NCBI RefSeq assembly: GCF_032191835.1
Contig: NC_083231.1
Location: forward strand, 2,170,001-2,234,000
Origin: Heteronotia binoei
Taxonomy: Eukaryota
Reading direction: 5' to 3'
DNA length: 64,000 nt
Shown here: piece after piece, positions 13,461-25,786 of the stretch
Layout of the letters: each line of letters opens with the position of its first letter
How positions within the stretch are numbered: position 1 is the first letter of the stretch
Translations under genes and position numbers: made by a program
The notes under the pieces: model-generated
The model's database searches: none
Told to the model about the DNA's origin: nothing
Seen by the model: the letters and a program-made list of their open reading frames with translations, nothing else

Positions 13461-15740
13461 GTCAGGTAAAGGCCATCCTAAAGAAGAAGGTCTTGCAGGC
13501 CCTGCGGAACTGTTCAAGGTTCCGCAAGGCCCGCACTTCTTCCGGGAGCTGGTTCCATAGGTGTGGAGCTGCAATGGAGAAGGCCCGTGTATGAGTACTC
13601 TTTAATTTTGCCTCCTTCAGCCCGGGGATAGTCAGTTGGTTCTTCCCCACTGACCTCAGTGCTCTCTGGGGTTCAGGTAGGCAGGTCCTCGACCATATAG
13701 GGCTTTAAAGGTAATAACCAGCACTTTGTAGCGAACCCGGTATACAACTGGCAGCCAGAGCAGTCCGCGTAGCCCTGGCTGTATGTGCTCCCATTTCGGG
13801 AGCCCTAATAACAGCCTAGCTGCTGTGTTCTCCACCAGCTGCAGCTTCCAGGTTCAGCACAGAGGCAGTCCCATGTAGAGGGCATTACAGTAATCCAACC
13901 TTGAGGTGACCGTTGCATGGATCACTGTTGCTAGGTCCTGACACTCTAGGAAGGGGGCCAACTGCCTTGCCCGCTTCAGATGAAAAAACGCTTACTTGGC
14001 AGTGGCTGCTATGTGGGCCTCCATTGATAATGAAGGCTCCAGTAGAACTCCCAAGCTCCTGACTCGGTGCGCCGCTTTCAGCGGCGTACCGTCAAAGACC
14101 GGGAAAGGAATTTCTCCTCCCAGAGCGCCGCGACCCATGCAAAGGACCTCTGTCTTCGTCGGGTTCAGCTTCAACCCACTCAGCCTAAGCCAACCTGCCA
14201 CAGCCTGCAATGCCAGGTCGAGATTCCCTGGGACGCAGTCAGGCCGGCCGTCCATTAGCAGATAGAGCTGGGTGTCATCTGCATATTGATGGCACCCAAG
14301 CCCATACCTCCGGGCAATCTGGGCAAGGGGGCGCATGTAGATGTTAAATAACATTGGGGAGAGAACTGCTCCCTGCAGCACTCCACAATCTAGTGTGTGC
14401 CGCTGGGACAGCTCACCCCCAATTGCCACCCTTTGTCCCCGTCCCTTGAGGAAGGTGGAAAGCCACTGTAGGGCCACCCCCTAACCCCTATGTTGGCGAG
14501 GCGGCGGGTCAGTAAATGATGGTCGACCGTATCGAACGCAGCCAACAGATCTAACATCAGCACTGCCACGCCACCTCGATCCAGATGCCGCTGGAGGTCA
14601 TCTACCAAGGCGACCAGCACTGACTCCGTCCCATGGCCCGGGCAAAAGCCGGACTGGCAGGGGTCTAGAATGGAAACGTCATCCAGGAAGCCCTGCAACT
14701 GCAACGCCACTGCCCTCTCTATAATTTTACCTAAAAACGGTAAATTAGAGACCGGCCGGTAATTTGCCAATTCGGCCAGATCTGCTGTACTCTTTTTTAG
14801 GAGGGGACAAACCATAGCCTCTTTCAAAGGTGTTGGAAAACGCCCCTCTGAGAGGGATCTATTTATGATGTCCCGTAAAGGACATCTAAGCTCCCTCTGG
14901 CAAGATTTAATCAGCCAGGAGGGCAAGGGTCCAAATCACAAGTTGTTGGGTGTGCAGTCGAGAGAATTCCGTCAACTTCCTCCAGGCTGAGTGTGTCGAA
15001 GCGATCCAGAACTAAATCAGAAGACAGGCACGGGGCCTCAAGTTCATGTACTGTATCCAATGTGGTAGGCAAGTCCCAGCGGAGCGACGTGATCTTATTT
15101 GCAAAACATTTCGCAAAAGCCTCATAGCCTATCTCTAATTCTCTCACGTTTGGTCTGCTTTGAGGCAGTGTAGTAAGATTTCCAATTATTCTAAATAATT
15201 GTGCCGGGTGCGAATTTGCAGACGCAATCCTAGCCGCAAAGTAATCTTTCTTTGTGGCCTTGACTGCCATCTCATGACTTCATGAATGTTCTATAGGATG
15301 TTCTCGTCGCTTCATCACGAGTATGCCGCCACTGCCTCTCTAGCCGTCTGAGCCCTTGTTTCAGCTGTCGCAGCTCCGAGGTGTACCATGGAGCCAGCCT
15401 CACACGAGGGCGCAGAGGGCGTCGAGGTGCAATCTCGTTGATAGCCCTGGATAGCTGGTTTTGCCAGGTCTCAACCAGGTCATCAAGGGAATCGCCAGGG
15501 ATCCCGCAGAGCTATTTTGGAACCGTTCCAGATCCATCAGGCTCCGCGGGCGAGCCAAAATAGGCTCTCCACCCATACAGGGTTGAGGCAGCGTCTCCAT
15601 ACGGGCCTTGAGGGCTAGGTGATCCGACCATGGCACTGCTTCTGCCGCGATATCGTTCACGAAGATCCCGGACGCAAAGATCAGGTCTAATATGTGCCTG
15701 CCTGGTGCATAGGAGTCGTAACAAATTGAGAAAGTCCTAG
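13461..15740 (-). mobile_element. L2-clade LINE, 5'-truncated, frameshifted ORF2
   Basis: Endonuclease end (WSDHLAL), RT motifs (NYRPVSNLPFLGKIIER, QSGF, LDL.AAFDTVDH, QGAVLSP, YADDTQLY) and C-terminus (RAFSIAAPHLWNQLP). Confidence 0.92.
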
Positions 15741-15889
15741 TGTCGCCATGGAAGACACTAGACCCATCGCCTGATTGGAGGCCATATCACCACTCATGTC
15801 ATCTCCACTCCAGGCTAAACACACCTAGCTCCTTCAGCCTTTCCTCTCAGAACTTGACCTCATTGCCCTCCTCTGCCATTAGATCTAAC

Positions 15890-16715
15890 AATACCTGCCT
15901 CAATCCAGCTGCCTACAGAGATCGTCTGTGAGAGCAACCAGTGCTATCTCTGGCCCATGATCAAGGTGGAAGCAGGACTGAAATGGGTCCAGAGGTGATT
16001 TCTCCAGGAAAGCTGGAGCTGTTCCGATGCCTCCCTATTACCATACCCAGGAACAAGATTCTATACTGGATGGCAATTGGATGGATCAGTAGGATCCAAC
16101 TATGATTTCTTCAAGAGCAGCCTCAGCACAGCCTCCTTTAATCCCCTCAGGAAGACCCCCAAACTCAGGGAGAGATTTATAATGGCCATCAGAGAGACTC
16201 ATTCCATCACCACTGGCTTTCATCAGCCATGATGGGCACAGGTCTAAGATGCATGTGTTAAGCTTCATAGCACCCAGTATCCTGTAGACATTTGCCCAGA
16301 AAGTCTGGACCCAAAGATGGCTAAAGGGCCTCCAGTTCATGTACTGCATCAATGTTGGCAGGCAGGCCCTGGTGCAGAAACAAGATTTTGACCAATCTCG
16401 CACTCACCTTACGCCGCTCTCACGTTCGTCTTCTCAGCGCGGCTTCCTTCTGATTTCCTACTATCTGCCTCGGGGCTGCAGCAAGGATCATTGTTTTCAT
16501 GCAGCAAACAGAAACTGCTAAAAAACAGTTTCTGTTTGCTGCGTGAAAACGACGATCCTTGCTGCAGCTCCGAGGCAGATAGTGGGAAATCGGAAGGAAG
16601 CCGCGCTGAGAAGACAAACATGAGAGCGGTGTAAGGTGAGTGTGAAATTTGTCTTTGTCGGCAAAAAAGCTTGCAAAGTCCTCACAACTAATTGCTGAAT
16701 CACTAACATTTGGAG
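15890..16715 (-). mobile_element. Older L2 LINE fragment interrupted by a MITE
   Basis: Degenerate L2 ORF2 (CEDFASFFADK|ILF, LDLCPSWLMKA, LKEAVL) that reads through once 16390-16653 is removed. Confidence 0.75.
16390..16653. mobile_element. Fold-back MITE (PIF/Harbinger-like)
   Basis: 128-bp inverted arms (16390-16517 and 16526-16653), 8-nt loop, 3-bp TSD TTT. Confidence 0.85.
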
Positions 16716-16780
16716 TTTTTTAAAAAGACACCAAGATCTTTCAAGATGTCCAGATTTTATTGTGTCTGATTCAACTAGAT

Positions 16781-19700
16781 TGTCAAGCATGGTGAAATTC
16801 CATTGATAATTGATTGTTTTAGGGTCCTGCCTAACCTGGTCTGTGAAGTATCATGGAGGATCCAACTTTGCTAGCTTGTTATTCTTTCCCTTCCCTCCAT
16901 CTTGCTTTATGGCTTATAATTAGAAGTAGTGAGAACTGAAACCAAGTAATCAGCACCTTCCCATACATTCCTGTAAGGGAGTACGAGACATCTGGGGAAA
17001 GCAAGGATGCAGTCCTGATAACACTATGGGAATGTAGACATTTATGCTAGTTTATGTGTGAATGCTACCCCGCAACCCCATCCCTTGGAATCCTTTTGAA
17101 GTAAGCCTTAAAAGTATTGTATCAATGTATTGTCAGCATTACTCTCAAGAACCTGTTATACCAAAGTATCTGTCTATCAATAAATGTAGTCTTTGTGCCG
17201 GAGTACGCTCTCTTAAACCTAGTAGACGCCCCATATATTCCTGAACATGCGGAGGAATTAATCTCGCATATTTCGTGGCAGCTAAATTTGCAATAGCTTT
17301 GGTCTGGAAGCAAAATCTCCTCCCTCGAGGCAGGCCTGGTGGCTGAAACTGTGGGATTATTTTGTCTTAGATAAGCTTACTTATGATTTAGATCCCCATT
17401 GTTCTTCCCAAACTGCTTCCTTGAGTTTTATGCGAAAATGGCGTCCCTTCCCAAACTGCTTCCTTGAGTTTTATGCGAAAATGGCGTCCCTTCATTAGTA
17501 AAGTCTCAAAGGACAGCGGAAGCCCTAATGACTCATATCATGCTATACTGATGTCATGCCAACTAATGTTGTAACTTGTTTTTCATTGGTCAATCTTGTA
17601 TGTATCCACTTCCTCATTTTATATTGGTACTTGGTACGCACCTATTGATGTACTACCATCTCTGTACCTGAAACTTTATATTAATAAAGCTTTTCAAAAC
17701 TTAAAAAAAAATGTAGTCTTTGTATCAACTTCGACTCGTCATTGAACCCGCATGCTTGACATTTTGAGACTAAACTACAAGAAGTTTAACCGCCCTGGCA
17801 ACTTTATAGCTGAATGGCTGAAAAGATTCCAGTAAGCAGTGAACTTCCCGAACCTGAGGAAGGGGCGAGAGCACCAACCCCAATGTGGCACGTGCTGGAC
17901 GCCCGGAGAGTCGCTGGACCGAGTTCCCCTCTCCACATTCAACAACTATTGGTCACCCCGCAGCAGTGGCAGCCCCGTACCTCCACCACCACGAAGGATG
18001 AGGCTCCAGCACGCCGAGAAGCCATTCTAACCAGGCACATGCGCCGGGTAAAGATGGCCAACGAAGGGGGTGAGAACCCTGGACCCGGAGAGGAAGAGGG
18101 CACAGAGGCTTGTAAGAAAGTGGCCTTGTAAGTAGTGATCGGTGCAGAAGCCGACCCCCCTCTGGGCACGGGACTTGGGAACCCCGAAACACCTGGCCCG
18201 AGAGAGGAGGAAGATGAGATGGCTCGTGAATTCCGTGCGATGATCCAAAAGGAGGTTGAAGAGGTCACCAAGGGATTGCGGGACGAGATGCAGGAGATAA
18301 CCACCATGATGGCTGGAGAGTTCAACAGGCAAATTGACCGAGTCCTGGGAACGACCCACCCGAGAAGAGCCCCGCAACCGCCTGTGGTTAGACCCCCAGC
18401 AGCGCTGCTGCCACTGCAACCGGCGGCGCCCCCAGCCCCACTAGAGGGGGGCCGCGGGAGAGAGTTGGAAGCCACCTTTGACGGAGATCCCGAGGAGGTG
18501 GAGTATTTCACGATCCAGGCGAATAGCTACATGCACTATTGGGGGGAACACCTTGCCTGATGAATTCAGTCATGTGGACTATCTGGGATCAAAATTGAAG
18601 GGGGCCGCCAAAAGGTGGTACGTGAGCCTGTACAAGGCCATGAGCCCGGAGCTGGACTTTGTGGCCACTTTCTTACAAGCTTTGCTAGCCCAGTACGAGG
18701 GCCCTCTGCAAGAGACCCGTGCCCTGGCCGCCCTGAGGGACATGCAACAAGACTCCAAGACGATTCGGGAGTATGCAGCCGAGTTCCGTACCAACGCGGC
18801 CAAGGTGAGGGGGTGGAGTGAACTGATGAAGATTGAACACTTCACCCGCAGGCTGAACGCGAGCTTCCTGGATCGAGCCCTGCAACAAGCCAGACCAACC
18901 AACCTGGTGGGATGGATCCAACTGGCGGGAGAAGTGGAGACCAATATGAAGAGAGTGGCCATGCAACGGCAACATCAGAGCAGTAAGTCAAGTCGTGACC
19001 CGAAACCCAAAGGGAAGACGGAGGCGAAGAAACCCCAAGGGGGGGGGAGCCAGGGGAAAACCACCGGGCACCCGCAAATGCTTCAGGTGCAGGGACCCAA
19101 ACCATCTGGCCAGCAGCTGTCCGAACCCTCCCAGGCCACCATCGAGCATCTCTAAGACAAGCACTCCGGCACCAAAGAAGCAGGCCGGCCGCCCTAAGGA
19201 AGCGGAGAAGAGCAGTGCAGCCATGAGTTCGATGCCTGATGACGACACCATCGTCACCAATGAGATGAGTGAGATGTCCTGGGCTGACGAGCCACTGAGA
19301 AACGAGGACGACCTGCTCTAAATGGTGCCAGCCAGCAGGTCGCCGATGAACCGGCACCACTCAGGATGAGAGTAACGGGGTCGCTATATTTTGTGCCAGT
19401 AATTTTGCTAAACAGCAAACTCAAGAGGTTCGTGCAAGTGAAAGCCCTGATTGATTCGGGCTGTACCAGAGACATAATCACCCCTAAACTGGTGGACGCA
19501 TTGGGGCTTCCCACGATGGCCTTGCCGCACCCCATCCAGTTTGAACAGATGGATGGGTCAGTAATGAGGGGGGAGCCATGTGTGTTAGAGACTCAGTTAG
19601 TGCCGTTGGGCATCAAAGACCACTGGGACCAGGCGGCCTTTGTAATTGCCCCCTCCTCCTCTTACAATGTGGTTTTGGGAGTGGGTTGGTTGACCAAGCA

Positions 19701-22700
19701 TGAGCCAGACATTCGGTGGGGCGACCAGACAATAGAATTCAATGACCCGAGATGTAAAGCCCATCACTGGACTAAGGAATGGGGTCCCAGTCCACCGCCC
19801 CGAAATGAGAAAGTCTGCTTGACAACGGAAGAGGTTCAGGCAATCCCTAATGCCTATAAAGACTTGAGGGGGGTGTTCAGCGAACAGGGGGCCGATGAAC
19901 TACCACCCCATAGGGACATGGACTGTGCCATTGAACTGATCCTGGGGCAAACCCTACCTAAGGCCAAACTGTATTCGATGGGGTGGGCGGAAAAGGTGGA
20001 ATTGCGGAAATTCCTAGATAAGAACTTGAAATGAGATTTCATCCAACCCGCCACAGCCCCCCATGCAGCCCCAGTCCTCTTTAGAAAAAAGGACGGCTCG
20101 CTCGGACTTTGTACTGATTTTCGGGGGATTAATGGGATCTCCACCTCCAATGCCTATCCTATCCCCCCTCATCAAGGACTTACTCAGCACGGTGTCGGAG
20201 GGAAAGGTGTTCACAAAGCTGGACTTGAGGGATGCGTATTTTAGAGTGCGCATCAAAGAGGGGGATGAATGGAAAACGGCGTTCAATACACCCATGGGAC
20301 AGTTTGAGTATCTAGTAATGCCATTTGGGTTGCAAGGGGTTCCGGGAGTGTTCATGAACTTTATCAATGAGGTGTTGAGAGAATATCTGTTCAAGGGGGT
20401 GGTGGTGTACCTGGATGACATCATTATCTATTCACAAGATCTCCCATCGCATGTGAAATTAGTGAGGGAGGTTCTTAGCACCCTATTGAAGCACAAACTG
20501 CATGCTAAATTGTCAAAATGTGAGTTCCATAAGACCGAATTTGACTATTTGGGCTTCAGGGTATCAGCACAGGGGTTAGCCATGGACCCGAGTAAGGTTC
20601 AAGCGGTACCGGATTAGGCTCCCCCGAGGACACGTAGACAGCTCCATTTGTTCCTCGGGTTCGCCAATTTTTACCGAACCTTTATACCAGGGTTTGCCAA
20701 ATCATGTTACCCCTCACGGAGTTGCTAAAAACCAGAGGTAAGGGTCCGGACGCAAAAAAACCGGGGGGCAAAACTAAATTGGACACAGAAGCGCCAAGAG
20801 GCGTTCAATAAGCTCAAACAATTGTTCACTAGTGAACCAGTTTTAAGCCACCCTAATGAGCTGAAGCCCTTCATTGTGCAGCGTGATGCCTCCAATGTCG
20901 CCGTCAGAGCCATCCTCATGCAAAAAGATGAGGAGGGGAGGCTAAAGCCCTGTGCCTATATTTCTAAAAAGTTTTCCCAGGAGCAGAGAAATTGGTCGGT
21001 ATGGGATAAAGAAGCTTTTGCTGTGACTTACGCTCTAAAGACCTGGAGGTCATGGCTAGAAGGCGCTAAAGTGCCATTTGAAATCTGGACCAATCACAAG
21101 AATTTGGAAGCGCTCACCGGTCGGCGTAAACTCAGTGAAAAGCAGATCAGGTGGGCGGGTTTTTTTTCCAAATTCGACTTCGTGCTGAGGCACATCCCTG
21201 GGACAAAAAACTTTTTGGCGGACGCCCTTTCGCGCCTTCCTCAGCACAATAGCCAAAAAGAGGAGGTGGTAGACTCTCTGATCCCTCTCTCTCAACTAGC
21301 CGCCATGGTAACCACCCGGTCCAAAACACGGTGGAATCTGCAGCCCGATAAGTGGGGGAGAGAGCGCCTGGCCATAGAAACTGAAAAGGAGGGGGAAGAC
21401 AGACCGGAGGAAGTACAGAAAGGGGAGGATGGGTTTTGGTATAAAGTTGACAAGCTGTATGTCCCTAAGAGCCTACGGTCCGAAGTCTTGCAATTCTACC
21501 ACTCTAACAAATTAGCTGGCCACTTTGGGTATGTGAAGACACTGCATTTAATTAACAGACAGTTTTGGTGGCCTTCCATGAAAAAGGACGTTTCTGAATT
21601 CGTTGCCTCCTGTCCAATTTGCTTAATGGCAAAAAAGGGGGAGGGGAAGCCCCCCGGGCTGTTAAAACCTCTGGAGACACATGTCCTTGGTCTGTGGTGT
21701 CAATGGATTTCATAGTCGAACTACCAGTCTCACAAGGCAAAACCATAATTCTGGTAGTAGTGGACACCTTCTCCAAACAAGCACATTTCATCCCCTGTGC
21801 GCAGCTGCCAACAGCTAAGAGATTAGCCTATCTATTTTTCCATCACATTGTAAAACTACACTTGTTCCCGGATAAGATTATTAGTGACAGAGGGCCACAG
21901 TTCGTTGCCAACTTCTGGCGGGAGTTCTGTAAGTTATCAGGCATAGAACAAGGGTTGAGCTCAGCCTACCACCCCCAGACAGACAGACAGACAGACAGAA
22001 CGCGTGAACGCACTGTTAGAACAATATTTATGGTGCTATGTGAGTCACCAACAGTCTAACTGGGTGGATCTCTTGCCGTTTGCTGAGTATGGTTACAATA
22101 ACAGCGTGCACAGCTCAACCAAGGCTTCCCCGTTTCAGATTGTAAATGGGTATGAGGGGAAGCCTGTTCCGTTGCTGCCAGGGGGAGAGCAAACCCGTGA
22201 CCCCACCTCGTTCGAACAACGGTGGGGAAAATTAGGGAACAGCTGGAAGGGAATTCAAGAGAATTTGGAGGCCGCTAAGGAGGCGTACAAAAAACAGTAT
22301 GACAAATCCCATGTACCCACTTGGGATTTTAAAGTGGGGGATTCAGTATTTGTGTCAACAAAAAACCTCCCACTGAATCAGCCCTCCAAGAAGCTGGCGT
22401 ATAGATTCTTGGGTCCTTTTTAAGATCAAGAGGGTGATTAACAAAGTGACCGTAGAATTGGCCCAAAATGTTTAGTAAAATACACCCTGTCTTTCATTGC
22501 AGTCTTTTGCGAAGAGACCCGGGTGGTTCTCCTTGGCACCCTCGACCACCAGCTCCGCAACCTATCCAGATTGGAAATCAGAGTCATCATGAAGTACAAG
22601 AAATATTAAATTAAAAAATGAAGCGTGGAGTTTTGTATTATTTGATTAAGTGGAAACATTTCCCAGCCAGTGAAAATGAATGGGTAGCAGAAAAAATGAG

Positions 22701-23209
22701 TTAGCCCCTGATTTGGTAAACAAGTTTCCTTAGAAGCCCCGAGGCTGATTTTAGGGGGGGCAGTATGTCAAGCATGGTGAAATTCCATTGATAATTGATT
22801 GTTTTAGGATCCTGCCTAACCTGGTCTGTGAAGTATCATGGAGGATCCAACTTCGCTAGCTTGTTATTCTTTCCCTTCCCCCCCGTCTTGCTTTATGGCT
22901 TATAATTAGAAGTAGTGAGAACTGAAACCAAGTAATCAGCACCTTCCTATACATTCGTGTAAGGGGGTATGAGCCATTTGGGGAAAGCAAGGACGCAGTC
23001 CTGAAACCCCAAGGGGAATGTAGTGTTTATGTGTGAATGCTACCCCGCAACCCCATCCCTTGGAATCCTTTTGAAGTAAGCCTTAAAAGTATTGTATCAA
23101 TGTATTGTCAGCATTACTCTCAAGAACCTGTTACACCAAAGTATCGGTCTATCAATAAATGTAGTCTTTGTATCAACTTCGACTTGTCATTGAACCTGCA
23201 TGCTTGACA
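16781..23209 (+). mobile_element. Ty3/gypsy Tf1/sushi-type (chromovirus) LTR retrotransposon, element A, decayed
   Basis: LTRs at 16781-17761 (containing an L1 insert) and 22766-23209, with TGTCAAGCATG...CATGCTTGACA termini and 5-bp TSD TAGAT. Gag from 17814 has a capsid-like domain and CX2CX4HX4C. Pol has protease (ALIDSGC), RT (YLDD), RNase H, integrase and a chromodomain. PPT is AGGGGGGG-CAGTA. Many stops and frameshifts. Confidence 0.95.
17197..17708 (+). mobile_element. 5'-truncated L1-type LINE inserted in the 5' LTR of element A
   Basis: Absent from the 3' LTR. 15-bp TSD AAATGTAGTCTTTGT (17182-17196 and 17709-17723), AATAAA plus A-tail. Frameshifted ORF2 C-terminus (AAKFAIALVWK...WLKLWDYFVLDKLTY...RKWRPF). 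Confidence 0.85.
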
Positions 23210-23600
23210 TAGATATCGTCTTGCTCCTCTCCACCATCTTACTAACAGAGGATCAAAAAATGAGGAAAGCTTTCTCCCTGGCAAGATGTTCAACCCTTCC
23301 TTCTGCTGTCCTTGAAGGTATAAGAAAATTGCATTTGTTCAGAGACTTTTCCAGTGTGAGTTGCAAGAAATAGAAACAATTGAACATGTGCTTCTAATAT
23401 GTCCTTGGTATAGTTTAGCCCATGCTAAATACATTTTCCCATGAGTTAAGACTAAGCCAGGACTAACAGGGTCTACTCAGGTAGTCTGTCTCCTCTCAGA
23501 TGCCAATCAGAATATCCCAAAACAAGTAGCTAAGTTTTGTAGTGCTTGTCTCTGCATTAGAAAGGCATATATCTCTTTTTTAATTTTATTAATTTCACTA
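23210..23600 (+). mobile_element. Non-LTR retrotransposon ORF2 C-terminal fragment (RTE-X-like, tentative), the host of element A; its 5' part is at ~16720-16780
   Basis: Translates as RKAFSLAR..LPSAVLEGRY...IETIEHVLLICPWY...LLSD...VAKF and is continuous across TSD TAGAT. Confidence 0.65.
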
Positions 23601-25786
23601 TTCTATTTTAACCATGGATAATTTTGAAGACGACTGCAAATTTATACCCCACCCTTCTCTCTGAATCAGAGTCTCAGAGCGGCTTATAATCGCCTTTATC
23701 TTCTTCCCTCACAACAGACAACCTGCAAGGTGCATGGGGCAGAGAGGGCTCTCACAGAAGCTGCCCTTTCAAGGACAACTCCTACGAGAGCTATGGCTAA
23801 CCATAACTTTTTATTTCAACCCTATAAACACCAGACGTGATCCTTATTACAGACAACTCACAGCAGGGTTGGGGTGCTCATGCACCCTTCTGCACCAGTG
23901 GCATCTGGTTCACCTAGTCACTAAACAGAAATGCCTTAGAAATCAAAGCGATGTTTGCCTTTCTGTCCTACCTAATGGGAAGAAATATCAGGTGGCAGCA
24001 GACAACCTAACAGTGATGTTCTATGTAATCAAATGGGGGTAGGGAGGAGGAGGAGGAGATCGGATTGATGCCCCACCCTTCACTTGAAGTCTCAGAGTGG
24101 CTTACAATCGCCTTTCCCTTCCTCTCCCCAGAACAGCCACCCTGTGAGGTTGGTGGGGCTGAGAGAGCTCTGACAGAAATGACTCTTGAGAGCAGCTCTT
24201 TTGAGAACTGTGACTCACCCAAGGTCATTCAGAAACAATTCAGATCTCAAAATGCCATCTATTGTTTTGGGGAGGACTCCCTCGCATTCTGCTGGTCACA
24301 TGAGGGGGAGAGGGGCCCATTAGTTTCCATAGCCTAAGCACTTCAAGCTTTCAATCAGTACAAAACCTACTTTATTGCCTTGGCCTTCCATTGGTCAATG
24401 AGCAGATGCTCCTCAGAATGACTGGAGCTCCCCAGCCATGGAATCCATTAAGGCAGTCAGCACACTCAACCAACCCGATGTGCCAATTGGCAGTCAGCAA
24501 TACATCCATCAACGGAAGTCCTATTCTCTGTTGCTATCCATAAGACAGTGATGCAATGACTGGCAGAGGGTGAGGAATGGAAGGGCACACCCACAAAGTT
24601 GAATAAGGCTCAGAGGAAGATGGTTCCAGAGCGGAGCCACGTTGGTCTGCAGTAGAACAGCTAGATTTGAATCCAGGAGCACCTTAGAGACACCAACAAG
24701 AGTCCCAGGGATGGAACTCTGGAGAGTCAATGTTCCCTTCATCAGGCACAGGAGAACAGAACTTCTATTCTTCTTTGTCTGACTAAGGGAGCCTTGAGAG
24801 GTCACACCCCAAAAAATCTAGTCTCTAAAGTGCTGCTGGACTTGAAATCTAACTGAGGCACCATTATTTGCCTTCTACCCTGTTAGGAGCATGCTTATAC
24901 AGTCTTAAGGTCTGCCATCCAAGGGGATCAAACATGAGAGCACTGTGATTAATGAAGCCCACTGTGGGAGGGAAGGCCCTACAATTAAGAAAATGGTAGT
25001 CAATAGACAGATGCCTGGCACGAGATCACACAAGTATCTCACAGCAATAATTCTCTATATCTGTAGATCAAAGTTTGAGGCCAATGGTACCTTCAAGATG
25101 AACAAAGTTTAATTTTGGATATAAGCTTGCACACAAAAGCTTCTACCCAGAATGAAACTTTGTTGGTCTTCAAGGTGCCTGACTGGACTAAAACTTTGTT
25201 CTCTTGCTTCAGACCAGCATCACTCCCCACCTGACTCTATCTCTATCTATGATTCAATTACATTTGGCCGCTAGAGCAGACATCATAGAGCAGAAAGAAA
25301 TCTTTGTAAGGACAGTCAATGTATTGTGCAAACCAGGCATAAGAAGCTGGTAATTTTCCCACTCATTTGCACTGTATTTCCCTTCCAACCCCCTCAGTAA
25401 TTTGGCCTGTGTGTCCCAGAAACAAACAAGAGAGAACCCAGCATACATGGGGGGGGGGGGGGGGACAGTTACCCTAATCATATAACAGTTTTGCTGACTA
25501 AACCAAGAAGAAACCCTGGGAAATTACTGGCTGTAGATCAACAGTTCAGCCATTTGGAAATGGCCAAAATTCTGTGTGAAGACAGAAGTCAGTAAGGACA
25601 GAAGCAGGAAAAACCCACACAGGACAGATGTTTAATTGCTCCAGCTTTACCAAGGGGACTGCTCCACTGCAGATTAGAAATCCACAGGAGCCACCACCAG
25701 CTTGGTTAAAACAGGAGATCAGAGGGCAGGTGTCCCATTTTTAAATTGTAAATAGCAGTGAAAGAGGGGCTGATTCAGTCTGGGAT

